DNA of 64,000 nt from a virus. Lineage: Duplodnaviria > Caudoviricetes. Where the stretch lies: positions 2,634 through 66,633 of IMG/VR virus record IMGVR_UViG_3300025875_000016; one strand, given 5' to 3'. Shown one piece after another: positions 11,901 through 20,240 of this stretch (its first letter is position 1; each line of letters begins with the position of its first letter). The position numbers and the translations under genes were made by a program. Below the pieces are notes generated by a model. It made no database searches and was not told where the DNA came from. It saw only the letters and a list, made by a program, of their open reading frames with translations.

Positions 11901-13735
11901 TCATGACCGAGTATCTCTCGGCCTTGAGGATTGAGGAGAATAAGAAGGCTACCACTGAAGTTGCTAGGCTGAATGGTCTCAAGGGGTATATCCCCAATGA
12001 GGTCAAGGAGGGCGTGAGACTGGTTGTTGCTCGGGACGCTGACCATGCCTCCATGGTGGAGATGGGCTTCGTCCGTAAGGGTTCCCATACCGGTCCTCTG
12101 GGAGTGGGTCGCACGGGTCAGTCCTACAGCTACTACTACAGTGCTGTGGCTGGACGGAGCACATTCTCTCAAGGGGTGATGCAGACTGTTCAGACTCTTG
12201 CCAATGGGGTTGATCCCCTCAATGGTAAGGTTACGACTGGTATCACTGCTGGTGCTGTCCATGGAGGCAGCGTCAAATACTTCAACGATCGCATCCAGAA
12301 GAAGACCAGCTTCACTGAGCGGGAGAACCGTGAAGCATTCCTGCCTAGGTTCGATGAGAACGGTAAGCTCTCCTACTTCGAACGGATGATGGACCCGGCT
12401 CAGCTTGATATGCTGGCTCGTTCGGATGATCTGGGCGAGATGATGGGGGCTTGGCATGGTCGTATCACTGAGGAGCGGCTTGCTACAGAGTTCAACTCTA
12501 TCCTCGTGGACCGGCTCAAGGACGTCTGGGAGAGTGCTCAGAGGGAAGGTCAACAGGATGAGTTCATCAACCTTGCTGAGGAGCAGGAAGACCCGATCCT
12601 GAATGATATCTGGAACGTGGTTCCCTTCGCTATGAAGGAACAGATCGAGTCTGCCTTTGGCTCGAATACCTTCATGGTTCGTAGGGATATGCTACTGAAC
12701 TCCCTTGGCTCACGGAATGCCAGCGTGGCTGATGCCTTCACTGGTGAGACTCGTCTGCCTGAGGAAGCTCAAAAGGCGATCATCAATGTGACCAAGAGCT
12801 TGTTTGGCAAGGATGCCTTCAAGTTCTCGGTGATGGGGGAGCGTGCTATCCAGACGGCTGTTAGCTCTGCCAAGGATATCATCGTGATCCGATCGGTGAT
12901 CGTGCCTGCGATGAACTTCGTCTCAAACGAGCTTCAGCTCATCAGTGCTGGGGTTCCTTGGAGGAAGTCCATCATGGGCAAGCGTGCCAAGCTGATCGAG
13001 ATCGACACCCACCTGAAGAACCTCTCCCGGAGGATCGAGATCAAGGCTGAGCTTCAGGCTGCTCAGGATGATACCCTGAAGGCTAAGCTGCGGGCTGAGT
13101 TCAAGTCGATCGAAGACAGCGATCGAAAGATGAGCATCTACCCGTTGATCCAAGAAGGGATGTTCTCCACCATCTCTGAGGGTATGACGGAGCTTGACGA
13201 GTCTCTTGTAAATGGAAGGTTCCAAGATTGGGTCGAGAGCCAAGTGAACAAGTTGCCCGACGGTGTGAAGACTGCCGGAAAGTATGCTCTGATAACGAGG
13301 GACACTGCCCTCTATCAAGGTATGAGCCGGGCGGTTCAGTATGGGGACTTCCTCGCCAAGAGCACCCTGTACGACCATCTGGTCTCTCAGGGGATGGAGA
13401 AGCAAGAAGCGATTGATACGGTCAGGGAAGAGTTCATCGAATACAACTTTCTTGCTGGTCGTACCCGGTCCTATGCTGAGTCTATGGGTCTGATCTGGTT
13501 CTGGAACTTTAAGATCAGGTCCATCAAGATCGCCCTTAGAATGGCGAAACGTAACCCGGCTCGGGTTCTGCTGATGGGGTTTGGGGGGATTGTGCTTCCG
13601 GACCTTGGTATCGGTTCGCCCATCAAGGACAACTTCGTGTCTCTCTGGTGGGAAGGGAAGCTAGGTTATTCCATGGGTCCGGGGATGATGTTTAATGCCC
13701 CGCAGCTTCACCCTTGGATGAACCTCTTCAGATGA
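2954..13735 (+). CDS. Virion-encapsidated RNA polymerase (N4 gp50-like vRNAP)
   Basis: 3593 aa. T7-like motifs LEADGKTDGP (A), RNTMKNPLTVTTYG (B), PVFDG (C). No Cys found on reading, as in N4 vRNAP. Confidence 0.97.
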   Translation: MADGPRVPTITLPGVSFGNTVPAAPAPVAVPVVPSAAALEFLNSPAQMEAAAAARQNGNTEFTAGMIDELRTLSQPEVAAKYGPEVAARRHEIVAAEQAFQTDLNSERDMGQIVGDTALGVASSGVGMLYGAAGLLNGAFSPEAGVQAVEDGAKAQEWIRSFQSQELTERREATALMRSLDYAESAAQLEDERADGSGEFMSGLRRIGRDSLTYAASIAEDPALAVDLTAEAIGSLLPSTGAIKVANAAARGTRLAAAAGPAVIGGMEAGGAHSQAVQAVLAMSEEQLMAGSEDYRALRENPEMTHEAAQAIIANSTGMDSAATQFPLAMAAGIGVARFEAAPLRAGSVPEIARNVVSETAEEAFQGGTGQLSSNLAVQQNADVNQGLSAGVGEAVAAGALGGLGMAGTLQTPALAAETTRAATQGAVAASRARIAQVNEAIRKTGGATVEIARQGLDALDALRAPLEAAATSLPEPVAGVVPPASVAGPSAVEGTAPVTEDTVGEMLDQTGPETPAPLTPAPEQVAASRILEQIAIPQTEIDSIPETIKPIVMALNEDGSTNNSRGKMLLQAAVGLMQNPDMPADQKRSTALFAYDQVAKLQSFILEDTPAEVAGLAEDHPTRLAYDEAKMTLEAVTSIPEIKAAMEAALVAEMEPTEISEVSPEGATNTIPIEPSKVQEAVQVSTANPVGVDVGTVDRILNQDTNLTPEKIASLKAARATKIVADTVAKAKDGLAQNLAKVTGKKPRPTMDIVKKQIHLEGKTTKDPNRILPSLNDFARYISTSMSLQGNYIPDAKGNPTNAQESYDRLGDFAQHMINKIGAFNKSAQLNMDGKSIADVQVKYDTLTADGWVKASSALARPVGVTVKSPQSRAMVKEAYLDAMASVELYNQMVDIYGDKLGGKKLTLPALDQLIGGVDFKLPEVLIADLQSGSPSDPNRQEPRKLGIKDLDLENQEAEIENQTLVDEEAPTPAEDVDRAPTAEEKKIADAEAAADALADIKKVNTKVTGEVGVTRSAEPTAEEIAEAEAQLEAEEAAAAAKPKERKLRKDAVLKKKESLVDRSDEEGDQSPAPLAEVVEEKVQTNLLPNKDGISRFARAFRATPGTSLLAGLKNPLQVMIATLKNQNRIKVFSKNRIEYMVPMDQLKVLQETMAVDVPAIIEKLNARLETVEFSKGSKGIMEAYRAGRWVTDFMEGKAAALIDPETGKYDSRLAEIGVIAGIHWALNAQKNKPMDEEEIAKSFGWTLETYQNNPDLQKLAAFGMDDTQAKEGLARTIQEFMGIQAIETVTMSDTRGIIEGFASEILKAMDGSYVEIENLPSVIEQWVEDENGVGKMELLNVEKTAVKTDTENTKEELSKLGGLKGLLGDMILAEDSNKHRYVGEPPKSKVKATQRKNRFSKLSNTEQSVLTNLRKIEFYRNTPFLDFLNAMGQESTGQLFGDVNIDPDLRLFNDEKRDAEHRKKGKVNRKHRKTIEGKNLSNKMSWEGVMDHDAAIRSYAEANGMAPEDVPTYYDWYITKVGRHGMEGFGPQADKLAREAFISTVSVLDLTKPEHMEFFWMTVAQSSGISKTEKDTRSKAISDTHEKLIQKYPESLRILTEWHAAKQTDPEAQITLDQQNTIIAETGGAASAKLMHSLLAVAQLDYALSVGGPAMENFVHMLSLEADGKTDGPINAMMHFTSGRFEKHQLELLAKGGFFVNDAGATGEGKTLNEHYLTDKVDLYQAGATKMAQLMRDLKKTLVKFKSGSNNPAEFLTSLERFSSVFGDVSFDDKGDIVIGRNTMKNPLTVTTYGSGINGITGKVANSLLDSFYEQLSGVIQGDQDNKIMNYPGGEKTLQADLNLLFNGVAVYSKKKSRWFAIYDNSMDSTDLSDPWDFEFSMDQRANFLTNVRNLMVTPMDEAIQSLMGETTKATKRFQLATQIQAAVMMDKFTTRIEEELKKKRDAGDKDYLSQAEYDAIFKELEIYGAIVENNVQTLNMGTKEKSQSDKRLSSALDRTMAGTSTLPGPSAAGVRAAPYLTIARGDAMMINNIYAAEDAILRSLPVFDGVELAADIIDSASQRINKAVADAWLEQNPAMDVAESYAAFLREKPFEKLSEAAKADIADMIARYQSAQAGKKVLPDVSKLDSNSQSIHKALLDQADSIQLRKDTLKEVLYSVDHMASAESPYLYRGQALRTDIPLHQALNEIYDAKQAERAAQDKQAVERPSAVLTKAISQAGRGLGDGVVSLTTKGLKSVLSRFNGMSPDQRRVADLVRKNLHGDLTFLFGSSDSLTQYRNQKFQDRQGEPAVGLGQIDLRNKVVYVSNQSVETTLHEAVHAITMQKIFDFYLAPGKLKPEEAAAVERLELLMNDFMGRDFLVATDAATSEAALKLQDTITTLMSEGLEDSKAAAVSEFVSWSLSNENLIRLNKATRNKNPLAQISQAVLKALGKLFGRPDGDVFSHILFNAKVLSTMDRETTGSDVTATRILHHGNPRADTRLQEMYDNLESKILSFLNSKQGQEADAILRDVTVARGLGLQSTDMFKANGYDNWTEQQRSLFGSVQAVMATQMEIEPITLARTQKLYRHVLSKLTYTDLMENPDSQDVAEITRGQARFRVLTGGEGSLRDAQGNTNLLSSFLALVQVDETFRKALTKIDVPKAIDVNWKGSMNEKLESFGRSMIDGLSITLTREGRYNSNIQEALDKLTASLAQIEKDNSTYLEVQANSLLDHGDGLGTRMLEAAGDWLGATADARRGEARSRTAKAIYGGAGLLSGFLNENRGKASIRTITGWMNQTDHLLPIREMASDVIGMTDENKAVLALVGKVKYAVSAMRQDYREKLPQIFESKFKTLLKDEQRKAMHTVMGKADIAALRDSMSVNQVVELLRDDAKLKAEIQSTEAALKAMNSYNFPTFVRKSKQLAKFMVTGVAGQNLLTNAYAISQLLNEPNQKVRGSMGLQGEALIDKLTSLYALLEVDDYQRFLVADLATNETDGVAFMTEYLSALRIEENKKATTEVARLNGLKGYIPNEVKEGVRLVVARDADHASMVEMGFVRKGSHTGPLGVGRTGQSYSYYYSAVAGRSTFSQGVMQTVQTLANGVDPLNGKVTTGITAGAVHGGSVKYFNDRIQKKTSFTERENREAFLPRFDENGKLSYFERMMDPAQLDMLARSDDLGEMMGAWHGRITEERLATEFNSILVDRLKDVWESAQREGQQDEFINLAEEQEDPILNDIWNVVPFAMKEQIESAFGSNTFMVRRDMLLNSLGSRNASVADAFTGETRLPEEAQKAIINVTKSLFGKDAFKFSVMGERAIQTAVSSAKDIIVIRSVIVPAMNFVSNELQLISAGVPWRKSIMGKRAKLIEIDTHLKNLSRRIEIKAELQAAQDDTLKAKLRAEFKSIEDSDRKMSIYPLIQEGMFSTISEGMTELDESLVNGRFQDWVESQVNKLPDGVKTAGKYALITRDTALYQGMSRAVQYGDFLAKSTLYDHLVSQGMEKQEAIDTVREEFIEYNFLAGRTRSYAESMGLIWFWNFKIRSIKIALRMAKRNPARVLLMGFGGIVLPDLGIGSPIKDNFVSLWWEGKLGYSMGPGMMFNAPQLHPWMNLFR

Positions 13736-13765
13736 TTATAGTATCAATGCGACTCTGGTGAACTC

Positions 13766-13798
13766 AAAACCCCCCGTAGAAATACGGGGGGCTTTTTT
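13766..13798. terminator. Bidirectional intrinsic terminator between convergent late and middle blocks
   Basis: AAAA-CCCCCCGTA-GAAA-TACGGGGGG-C-TTTTTT between converging ORFs. Confidence 0.85.
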
Positions 13799-13827
13799 AT
13801 GGGATTGATGGTCCCAGTAATGGAAGC

Positions 13828-14016
13828 TCAGTCTTCCTCAGGTGGGTCGGAACCCTGAGGTTCATCTTCAGACTGAAGCATCCTGATGATGAGGTACAAG
13901 ATGCCCACAGGTATCGCTAGTCCAAGGAAAGCCCCCACAACCGCTATGGCTATGGGGGCTGCCGCGACCACGAAGACTAGCAACAGTGCTAGACCTAGGG
14001 CCTTGAGCTTCTTCAA
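13828..14016 (-). CDS. Small membrane protein
   Basis: 62 aa with long hydrophobic stretch and acidic tail; TTG start with AGGA upstream. Confidence 0.6.
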   Translation of the reverse strand: MKKLKALGLALLLVFVVAAAPIAIAVVGAFLGLAIPVGILYLIIRMLQSEDEPQGSDPPEED

Positions 14017-14018
14017 GC

Positions 14019-15200
14019 TCAGTCCTTGCTGCCGCCGAAGTTGAAGACTTTCTTCTTGCGGGGCTGCTCAGCCGGAGCTTCCTCTGCCTTGGCCGTCTCC
14101 TTGGCAGGTTCGTCCTGCTGGGTGGAGGCTTCGGCAGTCTCGACGCGGGCACCTTGCTCGGCTTCAGCCGAGGAGCCTTCGTCTTCGTCCTCGGATTCTT
14201 CCCCATAGGGATTTTCCGAGTTCGCCGTATTGACGACCACTTGACCTTCCGGACCACGCTGCGGGGCAGCATCTTCCGGGACTTCCACACTACGAACGAA
14301 GTTCGGAGCGGGAGTAGTCGGCACCGTGGTAGCAACCGGCTTGGGCGAATCACCTTGGATCAGAGCCGGTCCAGCACCTGAGTCCGGGGTGACAGTAACT
14401 TCACGCTCGACCGCACCGGGAGTGACCGGGGGGACGGGCTCAGGATTGTCGCCGGTATTGGGCGAATCCTCGACGGTAACGCTCTGACCTTCGTTGGTCG
14501 GGACGTTGCCCGGAACCGTGACAGCGTTGGCCGTCGCCGGTTGTTCAGCGGGCTTGGGCTGGTTCTCAAGCGAACCAGCGTCGGGCTGGATGGGATGACG
14601 CGGCATGGGAGTTCCTTGCGTTGTGTTCCCCTTCTGAACAGTCAGGAGGGCAGAGCCATCCGGTTGGATAGCTACGCCATACCTATTGCCCGGCTTGAGA
14701 ACATCAAGCTGTTCGACATAGGCAGTGAGGGCTGCCTGCACAGCCTCGGCGGGAAGTTTGAACTGAAGCATCTGCTCTTCTTCTTTCTCTGGTGGCATAA
14801 GATCAGAGAATCTATTCTCATCTTCGAGGTCTTCGATAAGAACGTCAACTCTAGGGTTCGTCTTGTCTACGGCACCGAACCTATACGTGACCTCAGGCAG
14901 GTGTTCGTAGTCGTCGTCTTCTAGAATCCCGTAATCTACGAGGCAGTCGGAGAAAAACTTATCCACAATGGAGCAAACATTTGCCACATCGCTACGTCTC
15001 CTAGTGCGAGGATAGAGCGTGTAGATAAGCTTGATCCTCTTCATCGGGGACAGCACCTTGACCAAGTGGCTTACCTCGTCACCGAAGATCACCTTTGCTT
15101 GGTTCAACTGGAAGAAGTGCGTGTTCCGATAAGTGTTGAGGTTCAGGGAGAGACTCTTCTCCTCCGACAGCTCGACGACTATAGGTAGGCTCAAGAGCAT
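14019..15200 (-). CDS. RusA-like Holliday junction resolvase fused to a long acidic/Pro-rich C-terminal extension
   Basis: SLNLNTYRN, RRSDVANVCSIVDKFFSDCLV and ILEDDD resemble the RusA-like protein found next to SSB in N4-like phages. Confidence 0.7.
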   Translation of the reverse strand: MLLSLPIVVELSEEKSLSLNLNTYRNTHFFQLNQAKVIFGDEVSHLVKVLSPMKRIKLIYTLYPRTRRRSDVANVCSIVDKFFSDCLVDYGILEDDDYEHLPEVTYRFGAVDKTNPRVDVLIEDLEDENRFSDLMPPEKEEEQMLQFKLPAEAVQAALTAYVEQLDVLKPGNRYGVAIQPDGSALLTVQKGNTTQGTPMPRHPIQPDAGSLENQPKPAEQPATANAVTVPGNVPTNEGQSVTVEDSPNTGDNPEPVPPVTPGAVEREVTVTPDSGAGPALIQGDSPKPVATTVPTTPAPNFVRSVEVPEDAAPQRGPEGQVVVNTANSENPYGEESEDEDEGSSAEAEQGARVETAEASTQQDEPAKETAKAEEAPAEQPRKKKVFNFGGSKD

Positions 15201-15243
15201 GGAGGCGGGACCCTAGCTAGTGCTAGAGTCCCACATAGTATCC

Positions 15244-16029
15244 TTACTTCTTGTTGAACAGGCTGCTACGGGGCTTATCACCCCGAGCACTGGCCGGAGC
15301 ACCACCCTTCGGGCTGCCTGTTCCAGCACCCGCAGCCGGGCCACTGGTCTTGATGGAGCGACGATCACGAGCTTCCTTGCCCGTGTTCTTCTCGGCCCAC
15401 CGGGGGATGTAGACAGCTTCCTCGATCCCCTCACGAGTCTCGGTCAGAGTCCGTCCCGTCTCCGGGTCGAACATCTTCTCGATGGAGTTCTTCTCACGGT
15501 CCTTCCCGGCAACGTCGGCATACTTGCCTTCGCTATCCTTCTCTTGACCGTTGTGAAGCTCCTTGACGATGGCGAGGCCGATCTGCTTGCCTACCACATC
15601 CACCATCGTGTCCTTCTCCGTGGGCATCTCCTTCTTCTCATCGAAGTTGTAGATGTTCCACGTCCGGGGTTCGAACTCCTGTTCCTTCAGGCCCATGCCT
15701 GTGGTGAGGAAGCAGAGAGCATCGGCCATGGCCATGCCGGGGATCGGATGGAACTTCCCCTTCTCCCTCTTGTCCTCATAGGAGTTGTCGCCGTTGCGGT
15801 TCTTGACCCAGAAGGTCTCACGATACTCCTGAGTGGAGCCGTCAGGCTTCTCGATCTCGAATGAGCAGACGATACCCATCGACTTGCTCGAACGGGACTG
15901 CTCGGCGTAGGCATACTTCACTGTGGCCGGATAGATACCGGTTTCAAGGATGAAGCCACCACCGCCCATGCGGTCTTGTTGTTCCTCAAGGTTATCGGTC
16001 TTGAGATCACCGAAGAGTTTGTTAGCCAT
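15244..16029 (-). CDS. ssb: Single-stranded DNA-binding protein (N4 gp45-like)
   Basis: 261 aa; N4-type synteny; YRETFWV segment and C-terminal ...SSLFNKK. Confidence 0.8.
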   Translation of the reverse strand: MANKLFGDLKTDNLEEQQDRMGGGGFILETGIYPATVKYAYAEQSRSSKSMGIVCSFEIEKPDGSTQEYRETFWVKNRNGDNSYEDKREKGKFHPIPGMAMADALCFLTTGMGLKEQEFEPRTWNIYNFDEKKEMPTEKDTMVDVVGKQIGLAIVKELHNGQEKDSEGKYADVAGKDREKNSIEKMFDPETGRTLTETREGIEEAVYIPRWAEKNTGKEARDRRSIKTSGPAAGAGTGSPKGGAPASARGDKPRSSLFNKK

Positions 16030-16069
16030 TTTGGGCTAGTATCCTGTTGCTGTTACTCTGGTAGATTCC

Positions 16070-16835
16070 TCAGGCGTAGTATTCCCTGAGGTGATCCAAG
16101 AGGAGTTGGGCGTTGTTGTCCATATAGAGCTGGTTCATCTCGAACATCCCCAGCGGACCACGAATCCTCTCCCCTACGGTCTCCTTAGTGATCTGGGTCT
16201 GGAAGACGTGCTTGAATCCCCGAGCCTGATCCTGCGGAGTGATGTGAAGAAGCTTCTCATCGTACCCCTTGGGGAGGTCTTTGAGTTCAATCTTCTTCGT
16301 AGCTACGACAGTCGAGAAGTAAGCCTCGATGCCTTGGTTCTTCAAAGCCCCCTTTACGGGGACCCGAGTAAACCATTTCCCGGACTTCTCATCTAGCTCA
16401 CGAACAGTGTGTGCTAGAATTACAACCTGAAGCCCTGAAGGGGCCACATACTTCTGCATTAGATTCTTGAAGTATTGGTTGTAATTAGCCCATCCCTTCA
16501 TGGTGTCCGATGACCCAACAATGTATTGGGATTCATACATATCCATGAGGAATGTAAGCGTGTCGATAATCACCGACTTGTAACCATTAGCAACGGCGTA
16601 GTCGAATGCCTCGTACACTTGGAGCGGGTCCGTCACCTTCTCGGTGTGGAACTTGTTCTTGAACGGGAGCCGCTTACCAGCTTCACAGTTCAGATAGAGA
16701 CTCTCTTCTTGGTCTCGCATCTCGAACAAACTCAAGGACTTACCAGTCCCAGACTCTCCACCGATCAGAACCAGTTGGTCGTTGACTGCGGTGAGGTCGA
16801 TGTCATCATCTTCGTTGTCTGCCATACTCTCTTCC
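16070..16835 (-). CDS. AAA ATPase, Sak4-like (N4 gp44-like)
   Basis: Walker A GGESGTGKS, Walker B VIIDT. Start reassigned to MADNEDD, which has GGAAGAGAGT upstream. Confidence 0.85.
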
Positions 16836-16925
16836 ATGAATGTAAGAGGCGGTTGGGAGGCCAACCAATACCCGAAAAACGGGCTCAGTCAGCCTCCCAT
16901 TACTACATGAAACCACCCCAGATGT

Positions 16926-19067
16926 CTAGACGATCTTCTTCGCCACGGTCTGCATGATGGTATTCTTGATCTCATCCACGGGCAGTCCATTAGCCAGCTT
17001 GGAGTTAAAGCTGAGAACTGTAGATTCGATCTGAGAGTAGGTCATCTTGCTATCAACCAGAGCTAGAGCGAACTTAATCATCTCATTGTTCCGGTTGCCG
17101 TTCTGCATCCGCTGGGCGAACCAACGCTCCAAGTTATCGAGAGACCCCAGCTCCAGCATTTCTGCTTGGTGGCGTTCGTTACCACTCGTCTTGGGGATGA
17201 ACGGCAGAACGTCGAAGAGGGCTTCTCCGTCATGCAGGTGGAAGGTGCCGTTGGCAAAGGTCTCCCACTTCTTCTCTCGTCCGTTGGCTCCCTCATCGCT
17301 GGCGAAGGGCATCCACTCCATGATGCTGTTCATGAAGGTCTTATAGTCGTCCCGATCCAGATGAAGTATGTAGTTCGTGGGTAGAAGAACCCGGAACCTG
17401 TTGACCTCATCTGTGTGGCGTTTGGTGGTATAGGTTGCGAACTTGTAGCCTTGCAGCAAGTCCTGAACCACATGAAGCGGGACGTCACCATCGCAGTCCA
17501 GCACTACCATGTTAAAGCCGGGGATAGTATCTTCCCCACTCCTATGGCCGTTCTGGAACCAGTGGTTGCACCAGTGAAGTCCATCGGACGTCACAAGCTG
17601 TTCGATCTGATTGAACGGTGCTTCTTCTGGCTCGTAATCATCTGCGAAGTGGTCGGACCATGAGAGCCTGATCTTGTTGAGGTCAGTCTCATGAAGGGTT
17701 TCCCCGGTGAAGAACTCGATACCAGCATCGAAGGTCTTCCGGATAACCCCATGGTTCTTGTAGGCATGAGCCATGGCGAGAGTCATCAGCTCGGTACGTC
17801 TGGGTCCCGAGACAGGATAGAATGGGAGCTGCTCCACAAGATCAGCGTGGGTAAGCTCCAGCCCAGAGGTAGTGATATACCGAGCCAGCTTCACGTAGGC
17901 CCTCTCACGCTTCATGATGCGTTGGAAGGCGATACCAGACTCCTCCACCAGCTTCATGGCAGAGTGGAGATGGTCGATCGTGATCTCGCTGGATTCGTCG
18001 ATAAAGGCGAACGTGCCAGCCAGCTTGAGAGCCTTGAAGTACCGGTGAGCCATCTCGGCTTTACGGATAGCTTCGTGCTGTGGATAGGACCTTGCCAGCT
18101 TCTCGCAGTGCCGCTTGTAGCGGAGCACTTCGATACCGATGATCCGGTCGCTGGTCATCTCCCATCCATACTTGCTCTCATCTGCTAGCATCGTGAAATG
18201 CTGAGCCAACTGGATGATCGTATGGGTGTTCGCCTTAGAGGTCAGCTTGTCGTAGGCTACCTCCACGTCGTCTTCTTCCTCCTCCGTCGGGGTTTCACCC
18301 CAAGCGAATAGAGACCTACGGGCGAACCCGGTCTCAAGGAAGCTGAAGAAGGCGTCCTCAGTAGGACCACCATCCAACAACTTGATGTTCGTACCGAAGC
18401 CTAGGAAGTTGGCGGGAGTCTTACCTTCAACCTCTTGGCTCCTCGTGTTGTCGGCTGTGTTCTTGGTCAGCTTCTGCTTCACAAGACCTTGGTCGAACAA
18501 CTCAAGGAAGACGTTCATGACCTCGGTGTTGCCCACCAAGTTTGAACCGATCTCATCCATCTGGAAGTTGATGGAGCCAATCGCTGAGAGCAGAAGCTTC
18601 TGGCGAAGCTGCTTAACGGCAGGTGCAGTCCCAGAATCGAACGTAAAGGCAAGAGCCCCTGCTTGCAGGAACTCCTTGTCGAGTCGCTTCTTCTCATCAT
18701 CTTCATCTTTGCCGGAGATGGCTGCTCGTTCAAGAGCCAGATGCCAGAGGTTCTGTTCGGCCTTCACCGTGAAGGTGTCTTCGGAGAACCTACGACGGAA
18801 TCCTGAAGTAAACTTATCCTCCAGAATATGAACAGAGTGTCCTTTGCCGAAGCCGGACTCTGCCAGAGCAATGACGTAGTTGTTCACGGGGATAGGACCG
18901 CGATCCTCAGTGATGATGGTGGCCCGCATAGAGCTGGCCATCTTACCGAGGAAGTATGCAACCACTGGCCTGAAGAACTCTCGGTTGTTGTTCTGGGTCT
19001 GGTTACAGATCACGTCCACGATCTTCTCCATGATCGGGTAGTGCTCTACAGTTGCGAAATCAAGCAT
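16926..19067 (-). CDS. DNA primase (N4 gp43-like)
   Basis: About 713 aa; ALAESGFGKG P-loop; C-terminal prim-pol-like LDCDG/RFRVLLP and GNRNNEM; synteny. ATG overlaps the upstream stop (TGATG). Confidence 0.85.
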   Translation of the reverse strand: MLDFATVEHYPIMEKIVDVICNQTQNNNREFFRPVVAYFLGKMASSMRATIITEDRGPIPVNNYVIALAESGFGKGHSVHILEDKFTSGFRRRFSEDTFTVKAEQNLWHLALERAAISGKDEDDEKKRLDKEFLQAGALAFTFDSGTAPAVKQLRQKLLLSAIGSINFQMDEIGSNLVGNTEVMNVFLELFDQGLVKQKLTKNTADNTRSQEVEGKTPANFLGFGTNIKLLDGGPTEDAFFSFLETGFARRSLFAWGETPTEEEEDDVEVAYDKLTSKANTHTIIQLAQHFTMLADESKYGWEMTSDRIIGIEVLRYKRHCEKLARSYPQHEAIRKAEMAHRYFKALKLAGTFAFIDESSEITIDHLHSAMKLVEESGIAFQRIMKRERAYVKLARYITTSGLELTHADLVEQLPFYPVSGPRRTELMTLAMAHAYKNHGVIRKTFDAGIEFFTGETLHETDLNKIRLSWSDHFADDYEPEEAPFNQIEQLVTSDGLHWCNHWFQNGHRSGEDTIPGFNMVVLDCDGDVPLHVVQDLLQGYKFATYTTKRHTDEVNRFRVLLPTNYILHLDRDDYKTFMNSIMEWMPFASDEGANGREKKWETFANGTFHLHDGEALFDVLPFIPKTSGNERHQAEMLELGSLDNLERWFAQRMQNGNRNNEMIKFALALVDSKMTYSQIESTVLSFNSKLANGLPVDEIKNTIMQTVAKKIV

Positions 19068-19228
19068 CACTTCATATCCTCATAGTCTAGGAAGAAGTGC
19101 TCTCCGCAACGTTTACAATCATAACGTTCGCCTTCAAAGCCTCCTCCAGTTTCCTGAATGTACGGGCAGTCTGTACCGCTTGTGCATTCAGGAGGTTTCT
19201 TGTCTGGATTACCTTTACGATCAGCCAT
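19067..19228 (-). CDS. Small Cys-rich zinc-ribbon-like protein (not in ORF track)
   Basis: Manual translation: MADRKGNPDKKPPECTSGTDCPYIQETGGGFEGERYDCKRCGEHFFLDYEDMK. Fills the gap between nuclease and primase with overlapping start/stop at both ends. Confidence 0.65.
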   Translation of the reverse strand: MADRKGNPDKKPPECTSGTDCPYIQETGGGFEGERYDCKRCGEHFFLDYEDMK

Positions 19229-20231
19229 GGGTGTATTGGTCCTTCTGTGAGCAGATGGGGAAAGCCCGGCAGTAGCCGCACGCTTTCACGACGCCGGGGA
19301 CAGTCTTGAGGGTGCCCTTCCCGGCTTCCTTCAGATGAAGGACCGCCTGCTGGTAATCGGTGAAGTTCTTGGTGGACCTAGCTCCGGGAGTATGTGCCTT
19401 CGTAGCGTCGGCGTAATACTTGTACTGGGTCTCGGTCTTCCAAAGGTCCTTGTCCGGGCAAGGGATCATCTCGTCTTCTTCGAGGTCGATGTTGTCCCGG
19501 ATATCCTTGAGACGCTGGAGTATCCAACGCTCAGTCTCCTGTAGGCTCATCAATTCTATCTTCAGTTCCTTGACCCTAGATTGCGGGTAGCTTGGGTCCT
19601 GACGTGCCTTGAGAGCAGACCAGTCAGTGAAGACGTGTTGGATGTAGCCGATGTCCGACGTGATCCAGTCGGGGCTGATCCAACGGTAGATGCTCATCTG
19701 GAGACGGTAGTAGTCTTCGTTGCTCCCATTGATCCAAGTGTAGACCGAGGTCGTCTTGGTATCGTTGATCTCTCCGTTGATGCAGAGGTCGAGCTGACCA
19801 GTGATGCGAACCCCGTCGATGACTTTGGAGCGACGTTGCTCCACATAGACTGGGACATAGTAGTCCATCTCAAGGTCGGCTTGAGAAGGGTTCACCTTCA
19901 TCTTCTGGATAAGCTTCTCGGGGTAGCCGAGGTCCCTCATGGCTTGCTTGTAGCCGCCATTCAGCCAGACGTTCTCGATGCCGGAGTGAATAGCCTGACC
20001 ATATGCAGCAGCTTGGTTGTCAGCCACATCAGGGATGATGGCTTTCTCCTTGGGCACCCTCTGGTGGAGGATGAACTGCCGGATAGGTTTGATGAGGGTA
20101 GTGACAGATACCACTTCGATATCTGGATCGTCCACGTAGTCCTTCTGGGACTCACTGTTGTAAGGATCATGGGCGAGCCAGACCGCCATGGCTAGGCTCA
20201 GACCCATCTTGTTTGTTAGGCGAGCTGCCAT
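19221..20231 (-). CDS. PD-(D/E)XK / Cas4-like exonuclease (N4 gp42-like)
   Basis: ITGQLDL...NDTKTTS nuclease motif; C-terminal CGYC..C. Confidence 0.8.
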   Translation of the reverse strand: MAARLTNKMGLSLAMAVWLAHDPYNSESQKDYVDDPDIEVVSVTTLIKPIRQFILHQRVPKEKAIIPDVADNQAAAYGQAIHSGIENVWLNGGYKQAMRDLGYPEKLIQKMKVNPSQADLEMDYYVPVYVEQRRSKVIDGVRITGQLDLCINGEINDTKTTSVYTWINGSNEDYYRLQMSIYRWISPDWITSDIGYIQHVFTDWSALKARQDPSYPQSRVKELKIELMSLQETERWILQRLKDIRDNIDLEEDEMIPCPDKDLWKTETQYKYYADATKAHTPGARSTKNFTDYQQAVLHLKEAGKGTLKTVPGVVKACGYCRAFPICSQKDQYTHG

Positions 20232-20240
20232 GGCGTTCGC

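Noticed and set aside
339-13416. Many alternative-frame and antisense ORFs over the first two genes (e.g. 1814-2659, 6920-7867, 8381-9301)
   Set aside because: Shadows of biased codon usage in the real genes; no motifs or RBS.
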